A stretch of 64,000 bases of DNA. It comes from an uncultured Gemmatimonadales bacterium. Lineage in GTDB: Bacteria > Gemmatimonadota > Gemmatimonadetes > Gemmatimonadales > GWC2-71-9. Positions 38,172 to 47,478 of this stretch are shown one piece after another (position 1 is the stretch's first letter; every line of letters starts with the position of its first letter). Both the position numbers and the translations under genes were made by a program. The stretch covers positions 480,001 to 544,000 of the forward strand of contig CAWCFX010000006.1 of the NCBI GenBank assembly GCA_963795085.1, read 5' to 3'. The notes beneath the pieces were generated by a model that saw nothing but the letters and a program-made list of their open reading frames with translations, had not been told where the DNA came from and did not search any database.

Positions 38172-38929
38172 CGGCCCCGGTCGACGTGCCGATGCCGCAC
38201 GGCGGGTCCAAGGCGGCCCGGGTCACGCCGCGTGAGCGAAGCCTGCGGCTGGTCGAGGAGGCGGCGCGCGCGCCGGTGGTGCAGCCGCGGTCAGAACTGC
38301 TGAACCGGGCGGTGAACGTCGTCGTCGCGTCGCTCGCGCTGATTCTCCTGTCGCCGGTGTTCCTCCTGATCGCGGTCCTGATCAAGTTTACCTCCCGGGG
38401 CCCGGTGTTCTATTCCCAGACCCGGGTCGGTATCGACCGCCGGGCCGGGCGTTCCACCGCCCCCAGCCACCGGCGGATCCAGGATCTGGGCGGCCACATC
38501 TTCACCATCTACAAGTTTCGCACGATGCACGTCAACGCGGAGCACCTCTCGGGCGCCGTGTGGGCTACCCGGGAAGACCCGCGGGTCACTTCCATCGGCG
38601 GGCTTCTCCGGAAGTACCGGCTCGACGAACTGCCCCAGTTGATCAACGTGCTCACCGGCGACATGAACATCGTGGGCCCCCGCCCGGAGCGTCCCAGCAT
38701 TTTCATGAAGCTTCGCAAGGACATCCTCGGGTACGCTTTCCGGCAGCGGGCCAAGCCGGGCATCACCGGGCTGGCCCAGATCAACCAGCACTACGACGCC
38801 ACGGTCGAGGACGTCAGGAACAAGCTCCGCTTCGACCTTCTTTACCTGGGCCGGCAGGGCCTGCTCGAGGATCTCAAGATCATGCTCAAGACGGTGCCCG
38901 TGATCCTGTTCAAGCGGGGAGGCTGGTAA
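38168..38929 (+). CDS. Bacterial sugar transferase (priming phosphoglycosyltransferase)
   Basis: YKFRTM, DPRVTSIG, LDELPQLINV, GDMNIVGPRPE and KPGITGLAQI. Confidence 0.95.
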   Translation: MTAPVDVPMPHGGSKAARVTPRERSLRLVEEAARAPVVQPRSELLNRAVNVVVASLALILLSPVFLLIAVLIKFTSRGPVFYSQTRVGIDRRAGRSTAPSHRRIQDLGGHIFTIYKFRTMHVNAEHLSGAVWATREDPRVTSIGGLLRKYRLDELPQLINVLTGDMNIVGPRPERPSIFMKLRKDILGYAFRQRAKPGITGLAQINQHYDATVEDVRNKLRFDLLYLGRQGLLEDLKIMLKTVPVILFKRGGW

Positions 38930-38933
38930 GCCA

Positions 38934-39830
38934 GTGGCCACGACTGCAGACCAGGTGGCGAGCCGGGGAGCGCGCGACTTCATGAGTTACGCGCCGCACC
39001 TGCTCACGGCCGTCGCTTTTATCATCCTGTTCTCCCACCCGATGACGCTGCTGGCCCGCGACTGGTGGAACGACCCCGAAGCGGGTCACGGCCTGCTGCT
39101 GGCGCCGATCTCCATCTGGCTGGCCTGGAAGGCCGGTATCCGGCCCGGCAGCCGCCCCAGCGTGCTGCTGGGGTCGCTGCTGATCCTGGGCGCGGTGGGC
39201 CTGCGGTACCTGAGCGGGCTGGCGGCGGAGCTGTTCACCATGCGGATGTCCATGGTGATCGCGCTGGCCGGGATCATCGTGTTCTTCTGGGGCGTGCGCC
39301 AGGTACTTCACTGGTGGCTGCCTTTCGCACTGTTCATGCTGTCCATCCCGATTCCGGCGGTGCTGATCAACGCCCTCGCGTTCCCGCTCCAGCTCAAGGC
39401 CTCCTCGATGGGCGCCGCCCTGCTGGAGTTCCGTCACGTCCCGGTCAAGCTCATGGGCAACGTCATCCTGCTGCCCGGGCGACAACTCTTTGTCACCGAA
39501 GCCTGCAGCGGCCTGCGCTCGCTCACCGCGCTGCTGGCGCTCGGGCTCCTGGTGGGCGGCATGTTTCTCAAGCATCCGCTCAGCCGGGTCCTGCTGGTGG
39601 GGATCACCCTCCCGGTGGCCATCGTGGTCAATGCCTTCCGGGTGTTCCTCACCGGGTTCCTGGTATTCTACGTATCGCCCGAAATGGGCGAAGGTTTCAT
39701 GCACATGAGCGAGGGCTGGCTGCTCTTTATCGTGGCGTTCGTCATCCTCGGACTGATGGCCTGGGTGATGCGCATCGCGGAGCGGCAACTGGCCGCCCGC
39801 CGGACCGGGAGGATTGCGGCTGATGACTAA
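38934..39830 (+). CDS. Exosortase (EpsH family)
   Basis: About 8 TMs, with the catalytic triad in VTEACSGLRS (Cys), NAFRV (Arg) and FMH (His). Confidence 0.93.
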   Translation: MATTADQVASRGARDFMSYAPHLLTAVAFIILFSHPMTLLARDWWNDPEAGHGLLLAPISIWLAWKAGIRPGSRPSVLLGSLLILGAVGLRYLSGLAAELFTMRMSMVIALAGIIVFFWGVRQVLHWWLPFALFMLSIPIPAVLINALAFPLQLKASSMGAALLEFRHVPVKLMGNVILLPGRQLFVTEACSGLRSLTALLALGLLVGGMFLKHPLSRVLLVGITLPVAIVVNAFRVFLTGFLVFYVSPEMGEGFMHMSEGWLLFIVAFVILGLMAWVMRIAERQLAARRTGRIAADD

Positions 39831-40458
39831 CTGGAAACTCTGGGTGCCCGGCGGAATGCTGGGCGTCGGCTGCCTGTTTACGCTGTTCATCGACCGCCAG
39901 TCGGAGATGCCGTTGCGGGCCCCGCTGACCAACCTCCCCGCCGAGATGGCCGGGTATGCCGGCATCGACCGGGTGGTGAGCGAAGAAGAGCAGCGGGTGG
40001 CCGGGATGACCAGCTATTCGTTCCGCGAATTTGTCCGGGACAGCCAGCTGGTCTTCACGACCTACGTGGGCTACTACGATCACCAGACCCAGGGGAAGAC
40101 CATCCATACCCCCAAGAACTGCCTGCCGGGATCGGGATGGGAAGCGTTGCAGCAGTCGGAGGTCGCCGTGGCTACCCCGCGGGGGCCGGAAACGGTCAAT
40201 CGCTACCTCCTCCAGAATGGCCAGCAGCGGGTCCTGGTGTTCTACTGGTACCAGGGACGCGGGCGGGTCGCCGCGAACGAGTACCGGGTGAAATGGGAGC
40301 TGTTGCGGGACGCCGCGATCTCGGGCCGCTCCGAGGAAGCGCTGGTGCGGATCGTGGTCCCGCTTCGCCCGGACCGGGACGAGGCCCAGGCGGTGAAACT
40401 GGCGACGGCCGTCGCCAGCGACCTGATTCCCTCGGTGTACGCCGTACTCCCGACCTGA
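39823..40458 (+). CDS. epsI: EpsI family exosortase-associated protein
   Basis: YVGYY, IHTPKNCLPGSGW, FYWYQ and ALVRI, directly after the exosortase. Confidence 0.9.
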   Translation: MTNWKLWVPGGMLGVGCLFTLFIDRQSEMPLRAPLTNLPAEMAGYAGIDRVVSEEEQRVAGMTSYSFREFVRDSQLVFTTYVGYYDHQTQGKTIHTPKNCLPGSGWEALQQSEVAVATPRGPETVNRYLLQNGQQRVLVFYWYQGRGRVAANEYRVKWELLRDAAISGRSEEALVRIVVPLRPDRDEAQAVKLATAVASDLIPSVYAVLPT

Positions 40459-40492
40459 CGGAACCACGGGTTCGGCGAGCCGGTCGCGCCGG

Positions 40493-41665
40493 TCAGGACT
40501 GGACCGGCCGCCGGGTCGGTTCCCAGATCGGGTTCCGCTCGCCGCGCAGCGCCTTGACCCAGGCCAGGACGCCGGCCAGGTTGGCGGCGAACCCAAACGC
40601 AAAGACCGTGAGAATGCGGGGCAGCCGCCGGGTATCGGCGGCCCGCATCGCCGCCGCGCCCACCACGATTCCCGCCAGCACCAGCGCCAGCAGTACCCGG
40701 GCCGCGTCCGACCAGAGGGCCAGGTAGCCCAGCCCCAGTAACGCGCCCGGCAGGGTGAAGAACACCAGCCACCGGCACAGCTTGTGGCTGATCAGCTTGA
40801 GCGCGAAGCCGCCATGGACCAGCGGGTTCATGAGGTGGCGCTTGTACCAGAGGGTGTCCAGCCCGCGGGCCATCGTTCGCACCTTGCGCCGGAACTCCGA
40901 CCGCAGCGTCCCCGCCCGGGGGACCAGGCAGACGGCCTCGTCTACCGAGACCGCCCGGTGCCCCTGCTCCTGGCTGATGAGCGCCGCCGCAAAGTCGCGG
41001 CTCAGCGCCTCGGGAAACAGCGACACGTGCAAGGGCCGCCGGATAGCATAGAAGCACCCGCTGGCGCCGATGATTCCCCCCAGCCGGGTTTCCATGGCGC
41101 GCACCTTCATTTCATATCCGACATAGCCCGATTCGCTCTGGTTGGCGTCCGAGGTAATATCACCGACACTGAGGTCCCGCCCGCTCGCCACCCCGATGGT
41201 CGCGTCCTGGAAGACCCGCACCAGCGGCTTGACAGCCTCCGGGAGGATCCGGATGGTCGCATCGGTATTGATGATGATCTCGCCGGTCAAATGGGGGCCC
41301 GCGGCGTTCTCGGCGGCGGTCTTGCCGCCCCGGCGCTCCAGCCGAAGCAGATTGACACCCTGGCCAGCGTACTCCCGCACGATGTCATCGGTCCGGTCGG
41401 TGGAGGCATCGCTGATGACCAGGATCTGGCGCCGCTCGTCGGGATAGTCGATCGCCAGCAGGGCATCCAGAGTTCGGCGGATCGAACTCTCCTCGTTGTA
41501 GGCCGGCAGCGAGAAGCTCACCGTGGGCCAGGGCTCCGGGTCGGCCAGGGACGCCGGTGGGCGGCGCACCCGGCCCAGTGCCCACAGGATCGCTGGATAC
41601 ACGAGGTAGCTGTAGGCGAAAAAGGCCGGCGGCAACAGCACCAGGACGAGGGCGAAATTCTTCAT
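40493..41665 (-). CDS. Glycosyltransferase family 2 (membrane-associated)
   Basis: PAYNEE, DASTDRT, GGKTAAEN, TDA and RRKVRT, with N- and C-terminal TMs. Start at ATG 41665. Confidence 0.93.
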   Translation of the reverse strand: MKNFALVLVLLPPAFFAYSYLVYPAILWALGRVRRPPASLADPEPWPTVSFSLPAYNEESSIRRTLDALLAIDYPDERRQILVISDASTDRTDDIVREYAGQGVNLLRLERRGGKTAAENAAGPHLTGEIIINTDATIRILPEAVKPLVRVFQDATIGVASGRDLSVGDITSDANQSESGYVGYEMKVRAMETRLGGIIGASGCFYAIRRPLHVSLFPEALSRDFAAALISQEQGHRAVSVDEAVCLVPRAGTLRSEFRRKVRTMARGLDTLWYKRHLMNPLVHGGFALKLISHKLCRWLVFFTLPGALLGLGYLALWSDAARVLLALVLAGIVVGAAAMRAADTRRLPRILTVFAFGFAANLAGVLAWVKALRGERNPIWEPTRRPVQS

Positions 41666-42816
41666 GCCAGGGAGCCGAGTCGGGGTGAGACGATGGAGCG
41701 ATAGAGCCGGTCGTATTGGTCCAGCCATTGGTCCAGGCCATAGACATCCCGCAACCGCGCCGCGGCGTTCGTCGCGCGGCGCCGGGCTTCGCCGCCATCC
41801 TCGAGGGCGCTGGCCAGGGCCGCCGCGAGGGCGGCTGGATCCTCGGGCGGAACCAGCCACCCGGTTCCTTCGGCCAGGACGTCGGGCACCCCGCCGACCG
41901 CGGTGGCTACGATGGGCACCTCGGCTGCCATTGCTTCGAACAGGGAGATGGGCGTCCCCTCGGTTCGAGAGCTGAGGACGAACCGGTCGAATGCGCGGTA
42001 GAGCCTTCCCGCGCCCGGCAGCAACCCATGCCAGCGCACCCGGTCGTTCAGCCCGTGCTGGTGCACCAGGGCATCGAGAGAGGCACGTTCGCCGCCGCTG
42101 CCGACGATCGAAAGAATGACGTTCCTGTCGGGAAGCCGGGCGAGGGCCTGAAGCATGACGTCGGCCCCCTTTTCCCGGCTGAGCCGCCCTACCCAGCCGA
42201 GGACGGTGGCCTCCGGGGGTAGGCCGAGGATCGCCCGGGCCTCTTCGCGGGACAGCACCGCTGCCCGGGTATCGAACCCGTTGGGAATTGTGGCCAGGGC
42301 CGCCGGGGGGACGCCGCGCCCCAGAAGCCGGGCAGCCAGCGGGGCGGAAACCGCAACCACTGCCTCAAAGCGCTTAAAGGCACGCAGCTGGAGGCGTTCG
42401 TAGATCCGGTTCTTCCAATCCCCTCCGGTAAAGCCGTGTACGGTGGTCACCCGGCAAATCCCCAGAGAGCCGGCCACTACCCCGGCCAGCACGTCACTCC
42501 GGTATCCGTGGGTGTGGACCACGTCGGGCCGGAGCCGGGAGAAGATATCGCGATAGTGAGCCCGTTCCCGGCGGTAGGCCCGGGGGGGCAGGGTCACCGC
42601 AATGACCTCAACTCCCGCCGCCGCGAGACTGCCATGCAGCCCCGGCTCGGCCCCGCCCCGGTCCACCACCGAAACGGCACCGACCCGATGGCCCCGGGCC
42701 TGTTGCCCGGACGCCAGCGACGCCACGACGCTCTCCAGCCCCCCAGCCGGCCCGGGAGCCAGGACGTGCAGGACGGTAAGGGGAGATGTTACAGAAGCCG
42801 AAGTGGATGCGATCAC
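41662..42816 (-). CDS. Glycosyltransferase family 4
   Basis: GGLE, PDVVHTH, IPNG, VGRLSREKG, EGTPISLFEAMA and VGGVPD. The start is approximate (GTG 42816). Confidence 0.92.
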   Translation of the reverse strand: MIASTSASVTSPLTVLHVLAPGPAGGLESVVASLASGQQARGHRVGAVSVVDRGGAEPGLHGSLAAAGVEVIAVTLPPRAYRRERAHYRDIFSRLRPDVVHTHGYRSDVLAGVVAGSLGICRVTTVHGFTGGDWKNRIYERLQLRAFKRFEAVVAVSAPLAARLLGRGVPPAALATIPNGFDTRAAVLSREEARAILGLPPEATVLGWVGRLSREKGADVMLQALARLPDRNVILSIVGSGGERASLDALVHQHGLNDRVRWHGLLPGAGRLYRAFDRFVLSSRTEGTPISLFEAMAAEVPIVATAVGGVPDVLAEGTGWLVPPEDPAALAAALASALEDGGEARRRATNAAARLRDVYGLDQWLDQYDRLYRSIVSPRLGSLA

Positions 42817-42948
42817 GCGATTTACAGGAGCAAGTTGAGTACCAGAGGAGGTTTCCGGTTCGCCACCTCGTGCCTCGTCCGGGGGAGGGGGATAAATTCC
42901 CTGTTTAGAATTACCCTGCGGCCGGCCCTTCGCCGGCGGGAGCAACGT

Positions 42949-44718
42949 TTGCTGAAGACAGTCGCGCGGGTCACCATCCTGCTGGCAACACTCACCGGGT
43001 GCGGGGAGAGCGGGTCTTCCCCCACTATCACCGTCGCATCGGTCTCGGTGTCGCCGGCGAACTCGATCCTCGGCCTCGGCTTGACCGAGCGTCTGACCGC
43101 TACGGTGCTCGACGACCAGGGGCGAGCGGTGCCGGGCGCCCCAGTCAGCTGGCGCAGCCTTAACACCCGGATTGCCACCGTGGACGGCCGCGGCACCGTC
43201 ACCGCCCTCTCCGTCGGCACGGTAAGCATAATCGCGACCGCCGGCGGAAAGGACGCGTCGGCCACGATTCAGGCGTCCGCGACCCCACCGGGCGCCCTGC
43301 AGCTCATTTTTTCCACCTACCTCGGCGGCAGCCAGCAGGACCAGGTGCGGGACCTTGCCACCGACGCCGCGGGCAATATCTACGTCACCGGGGGCACCTC
43401 CTCGAGCAATTTTCCGGTCACCGGCGGGAGCCTCGACCAGTCGTTCAACGGCACCTACGACGCATTCGTCGCCAAGCTGACACCTTCCGGAAGCATGGTC
43501 TGGGCGACCTATCTCGGGGGGCCCAATTATGACCGGGCCTACGCTATTGAAGTCGACGCCAGCGGCTTCGTGTACGTGGCGGGGAGGGCGGGCGCCGGGT
43601 TCCCGGTCACTCCAGGAGCGTTTCAGACCGCTTTCCAGGGCAGCCCCGACGATCCGCCCTACGGGCCGCAGGACGGATTCGTCTGCAAGATCACTCCCAA
43701 CGGCGACGCGATCGTCTTCTGCAGTTACTTCGGAACCAGTGATCCGCAGATCGTGCGGGACGTGGCGGTGGATGCGCAGGGGGCCATGTATCTCGGCAGC
43801 AGTTCGAGTTCAGGGACCTTTCCGGCCGGCTGGTTTGCGGGGGCCTACCGGCCCAGTCCGGCGGGAGGGCTGGACGGCGTCATCGCCAAGATTTCGCCGG
43901 ATGGCTCCCAGGTTGTCTGGGCGACGTACATCGGGGGCAGCCAGGACGAGGCGGGGGAGGCATCGATCCGGGTGAATGGCGCGGGCGAAGTCTACGCCCT
44001 GTACACCACCGGTTCCGCCGATGCCCCGACGCCGGGAGGCTTCGACCGCACCCTGGGCGGTGGCCGCGATGCCTACCTGGTCAAACTGTCCGCCTCGGGA
44101 CGCAGCCTGTTGTTCGGGACATACCTGGGTGGGAGCGGAGGAGAATCGGTGGAGACGCACGAACTGGTGCTGGACCCCGAGGGGAACCCGGTCGTCGCGA
44201 CCGGCACCCGGTCCACCGACTTTCCGACAACGCCGGGCGCCTACCAGCGAACCTTTGGCGGGGCCGGCGGGCCGACGACCGGCGGCGGCACCAACTACGG
44301 AGGGGATGTGTTCATCGCCCGGATCTCGGCCAGCGGCGGCCAACTGCTCGCGAGCACCTACGTGGGTGGTTCCGAGGGGGAAGGAGCCGAGGGAGTCGGG
44401 GTAGATGCCCAGGGCAACATCTACATATCTGGCGCCACTTACAGCGCCGGGCTGAGCTTCATGCTGAGCGGGCGGCAATCACAACTGGGCGGCGAGGCCG
44501 ACCTGTTCGCGATCAAGTTCGCGCCGGACCTGAGCCGGATCATCTACGGCACCTACCTGGGCGGGACCGGCCAGGATTTCGGCCGGACAGCGACGGTCAG
44601 CAGCAACGGGGATTTTCTCATCGGCGGCAACATTCTTTCGACCAACTGGCCGGTGCTGGGCGCGCTGCAGGGCCAGTCGGGCGGCAGCCTCGACGGGGCG
44701 ATCGCGAAATTCAGGTAG
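42949..44718 (+). CDS. Lipoprotein with Ig-like (Big_2) domain and SBBP-type beta-propeller repeats
   Basis: TTG start with GGAG RBS, lipobox LTG-C, an Ig-like segment (VSWRS...ATVD...GTVTA) and repeated STYLGG...D..GNIYVTG units. Confidence 0.85.
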   Translation: MLKTVARVTILLATLTGCGESGSSPTITVASVSVSPANSILGLGLTERLTATVLDDQGRAVPGAPVSWRSLNTRIATVDGRGTVTALSVGTVSIIATAGGKDASATIQASATPPGALQLIFSTYLGGSQQDQVRDLATDAAGNIYVTGGTSSSNFPVTGGSLDQSFNGTYDAFVAKLTPSGSMVWATYLGGPNYDRAYAIEVDASGFVYVAGRAGAGFPVTPGAFQTAFQGSPDDPPYGPQDGFVCKITPNGDAIVFCSYFGTSDPQIVRDVAVDAQGAMYLGSSSSSGTFPAGWFAGAYRPSPAGGLDGVIAKISPDGSQVVWATYIGGSQDEAGEASIRVNGAGEVYALYTTGSADAPTPGGFDRTLGGGRDAYLVKLSASGRSLLFGTYLGGSGGESVETHELVLDPEGNPVVATGTRSTDFPTTPGAYQRTFGGAGGPTTGGGTNYGGDVFIARISASGGQLLASTYVGGSEGEGAEGVGVDAQGNIYISGATYSAGLSFMLSGRQSQLGGEADLFAIKFAPDLSRIIYGTYLGGTGQDFGRTATVSSNGDFLIGGNILSTNWPVLGALQGQSGGSLDGAIAKFR

Positions 44719-45394
44719 AGCGGTAGAGCGCGCGATAGAGCGCCGATTCAATTCGCTGAAAGGACCGGACCGCAAAGGGAAAGCTCTGCCGCGCAAGGGT
44801 AGGCACCTTGATGGACCGGATGCCCGCCAGATTGGCCCCCGCGATATCGGTGAAATACTGGTCGCCGACCATGTACACCTGATCGCGGGGAGGCGACCCG
44901 GCGGCTACCAGGGCAAATTCGATCAGCTCCGCGCTGGGTTTTTTCACCGGGTGGCGCTGGTCCGCCGGGGGCGGTTCCACCGCACTCCCGTCCAGGCCGC
45001 TCCACCGCTCGCTCCTTCCTGACCAGCTCCGCAACACCACTTTACCGTCCGCCCGGGTGTAGGCTTTGAGGACCGGTATTTCGGGGAATATTCGCCCCAG
45101 TTCCGAAAAACGGGTTTCGCCGCAGTTTGACAGAATGATCTGGCGGACGTCCGATCGTTCCGCGATCCGGGCCATGGTAGATTGAAACTCCTCCGCCACA
45201 CAGGTGTGGTGATGGGCCATCAAGGTCCCATCCACGTCCCAGATCAAGGCGGCCACCCGGTGCTCGGCCAGGAACGCCTCGTCAATGGCCCTGATATCTG
45301 CTAAGTGATGGGTGGGCTTAAGCTTGGAGACCAGCTTGAAGAAGCTGGGGAGAGCCTGCCGAGTGGTGGTAATCCAGTCGCTGGGAGCGGCCAT
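44711..45394 (-). CDS. HAD superfamily IIIA phosphatase (YqeG/Gep4-like)
   Basis: WDVDGTL, ILSN, KKPS and VGDQYFTDIAGAN. Confidence 0.88.
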   Translation of the reverse strand: MAAPSDWITTTRQALPSFFKLVSKLKPTHHLADIRAIDEAFLAEHRVAALIWDVDGTLMAHHHTCVAEEFQSTMARIAERSDVRQIILSNCGETRFSELGRIFPEIPVLKAYTRADGKVVLRSWSGRSERWSGLDGSAVEPPPADQRHPVKKPSAELIEFALVAAGSPPRDQVYMVGDQYFTDIAGANLAGIRSIKVPTLARQSFPFAVRSFQRIESALYRALYRST

Positions 45395-45657
45395 GGCGGG
45401 CGATTATTCCTCGGAGATTCAGCCGTGCGGGGCACCCGGTCGGGCCGGGGCGACCGCAATGCTGCATTGGTGTCACAGCCAGCGCGGAGTACCCAATTGC
45501 ACGATCTGTGCATAGGATTCCCGCCGTTACGATATTCAAGCCAAAATCATTGCGCTGCCGGGGGTTACCCCGTGCGTAAGACCCAAGCCAAGCCGCCCGG
45601 GGCAGAAAAGAAGATAATCCTGACCGCCGTCTTCGAGCTAACCATTCGCACCTCCCG

Positions 45658-47478
45658 ATGACCGGATCCAAACCCCTCGTGGACGGGCCTCTACAGGTCC
45701 TTCGCCTGGCAGCCTGGTTCGGCCTGTTGACCGGCCTCGGCGAAGTGGCCCTGCTTGCCATCCGGAAGTACCTGCTGCACCGGTTCCTCTTTGCCAGCAT
45801 GGACTCCATCTGGATGGCCCCGCTGGCGGACACCCTGCTTTTCCTGGGAGCGGGCGGGCTGCTGCTCCTGGTGCGGGCGGTGCTGCCCCGGCGCCTGACG
45901 CCGTCCCCGGTGCTGGTCTTCACGGCACTCTCCGCGTTCACCATTCTCCTCATGTACGGGCCGCTTTCGCGCTGGGCCCTCATGATCCTGGCCCTGGGGC
46001 TGGGTGTGCAAGCCTCGCGCGTGGCCCGGCGGCACCCCGAGGGCTTCGGCCGGCTGGTCCGCCGTACTCTTCCCGCGTTTCTGATCCTGGTGGTCCTCGC
46101 CGGCGCCGGGCTCCGGATCTGGATGGCGACCGGCCAGCGGCGTTCGCTGGGCGGCTCTACCGCCCGGACCGGCGCGCCCAACGTCCTGCTCATCGTTCTG
46201 GACACCATCCGGTCCTGGAACCTGGGCGTCTATGGGTATTCGCGAAACACCACGCCTGAGTTGGTGAGCTGGTTCGGGGACGGGGTCCGTTTCGACCATG
46301 CTCTCTCCTCCACTTCGTGGACCCTGCCTTCTCACGCGACGATGTTCACCGGCCGCTGGCCGCACGAGCTCTCCGCCGACTGGTTGACGCCCCTGGACCG
46401 CCGGCACCCCACGCTGGCCGAGGTGCTCGGCTCCCAGGGCTATTCCTCGGCGGGATTCGTGGCGAACACCACGTACGCCAGCTATGAGAGCGGGCTGGGC
46501 CGGGGATTCGGGCATTATCGCGACTACCCGGTGACGTCCGCCCAGGTCGTGCTCAGCTCGGGTCTGGGGCGCTACCTCGCCGGCAGCCGGTTCGTCCGCC
46601 GGAAGTTGCTGCGGGTGAGCGCGGAGGATATCAACCGGAAGGTCCTGGGCTGGCTGGACGATCGGGACCAGGACCGGCCCTTCTTCGTCTTCCTGAATTA
46701 CATGGATGCCCACGGCCCGTACCAGCCTCCCGAGCCCTACGACACGCTGTTCTCGGCGCCGGGATCGTCGGCCTACATCGAGCACCTGCGAGAGGACACG
46801 CCGGCCCGGGAGTGGACCCCGGCGGCCCGGCAGGCGGCTCTCGACAAGTACGACGAATCCATCGCCTATCTCGATGCCCAACTGGGCCGGCTCTTCAGCG
46901 AACTCAAGAGCCGGAATCTCTGGGACAACACCCTGGTCATTGTCACCTCGGACCATGGCGAGGAGTTCGGGGAGCGGGGGATTTTCTACCATGGCAACAG
47001 CCTCTACCGTGCATCGGTGGAAGTTCCCCTGCTGCTGCGACTGCCGGGCCGGGTGCCGCCGGGCGCCACGGTTCCCGCGGCGGTGTCGCTCCGGGACCTG
47101 GCGGCGACCATCCTGGATCTTTCCGGTGCCACCGGCCGGGAACGGCTCCCCGGAAAGAGCCTGGCCCGCTTCTGGGACGGCGGCAGCTCCAGGCCGGACA
47201 CTGTCCTCATGGAACTGAGCTACCTGGCCCGGCTGCCCAAGGGTACACCCATCGCCCGGGGCCCGATGAAGTCCCTCATGGTGGATCACATGCGACTGAT
47301 CAGTAACGGGGACGGCCAGGAAGAGTTGTACGATTTCCTGGCCGATTCAACCGATAGCGTGAACCTCGCGGCCCGACCGGACCAGCAGGGTGTGCTGGCG
47401 GACCTTCGCGCGGCGCTCCAGGCCATGTTCCCCCGCCGGCGGCCCCGGCTGGCCGACACGACCGCGGGCGCCCGATGA
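45658..47478 (+). CDS. Multi-TM alkaline-phosphatase-superfamily 'sulfatase-like' protein, Thr nucleophile (paralog 1)
   Basis: About 5 TMs, then [32 protein letters not shown] and YHG. Confidence 0.9.
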   Translation: MTGSKPLVDGPLQVLRLAAWFGLLTGLGEVALLAIRKYLLHRFLFASMDSIWMAPLADTLLFLGAGGLLLLVRAVLPRRLTPSPVLVFTALSAFTILLMYGPLSRWALMILALGLGVQASRVARRHPEGFGRLVRRTLPAFLILVVLAGAGLRIWMATGQRRSLGGSTARTGAPNVLLIVLDTIRSWNLGVYGYSRNTTPELVSWFGDGVRFDHALSSTSWTLPSHATMFTGRWPHELSADWLTPLDRRHPTLAEVLGSQGYSSAGFVANTTYASYESGLGRGFGHYRDYPVTSAQVVLSSGLGRYLAGSRFVRRKLLRVSAEDINRKVLGWLDDRDQDRPFFVFLNYMDAHGPYQPPEPYDTLFSAPGSSAYIEHLREDTPAREWTPAARQAALDKYDESIAYLDAQLGRLFSELKSRNLWDNTLVIVTSDHGEEFGERGIFYHGNSLYRASVEVPLLLRLPGRVPPGATVPAAVSLRDLAATILDLSGATGRERLPGKSLARFWDGGSSRPDTVLMELSYLARLPKGTPIARGPMKSLMVDHMRLISNGDGQEELYDFLADSTDSVNLAARPDQQGVLADLRAALQAMFPRRRPRLADTTAGAR

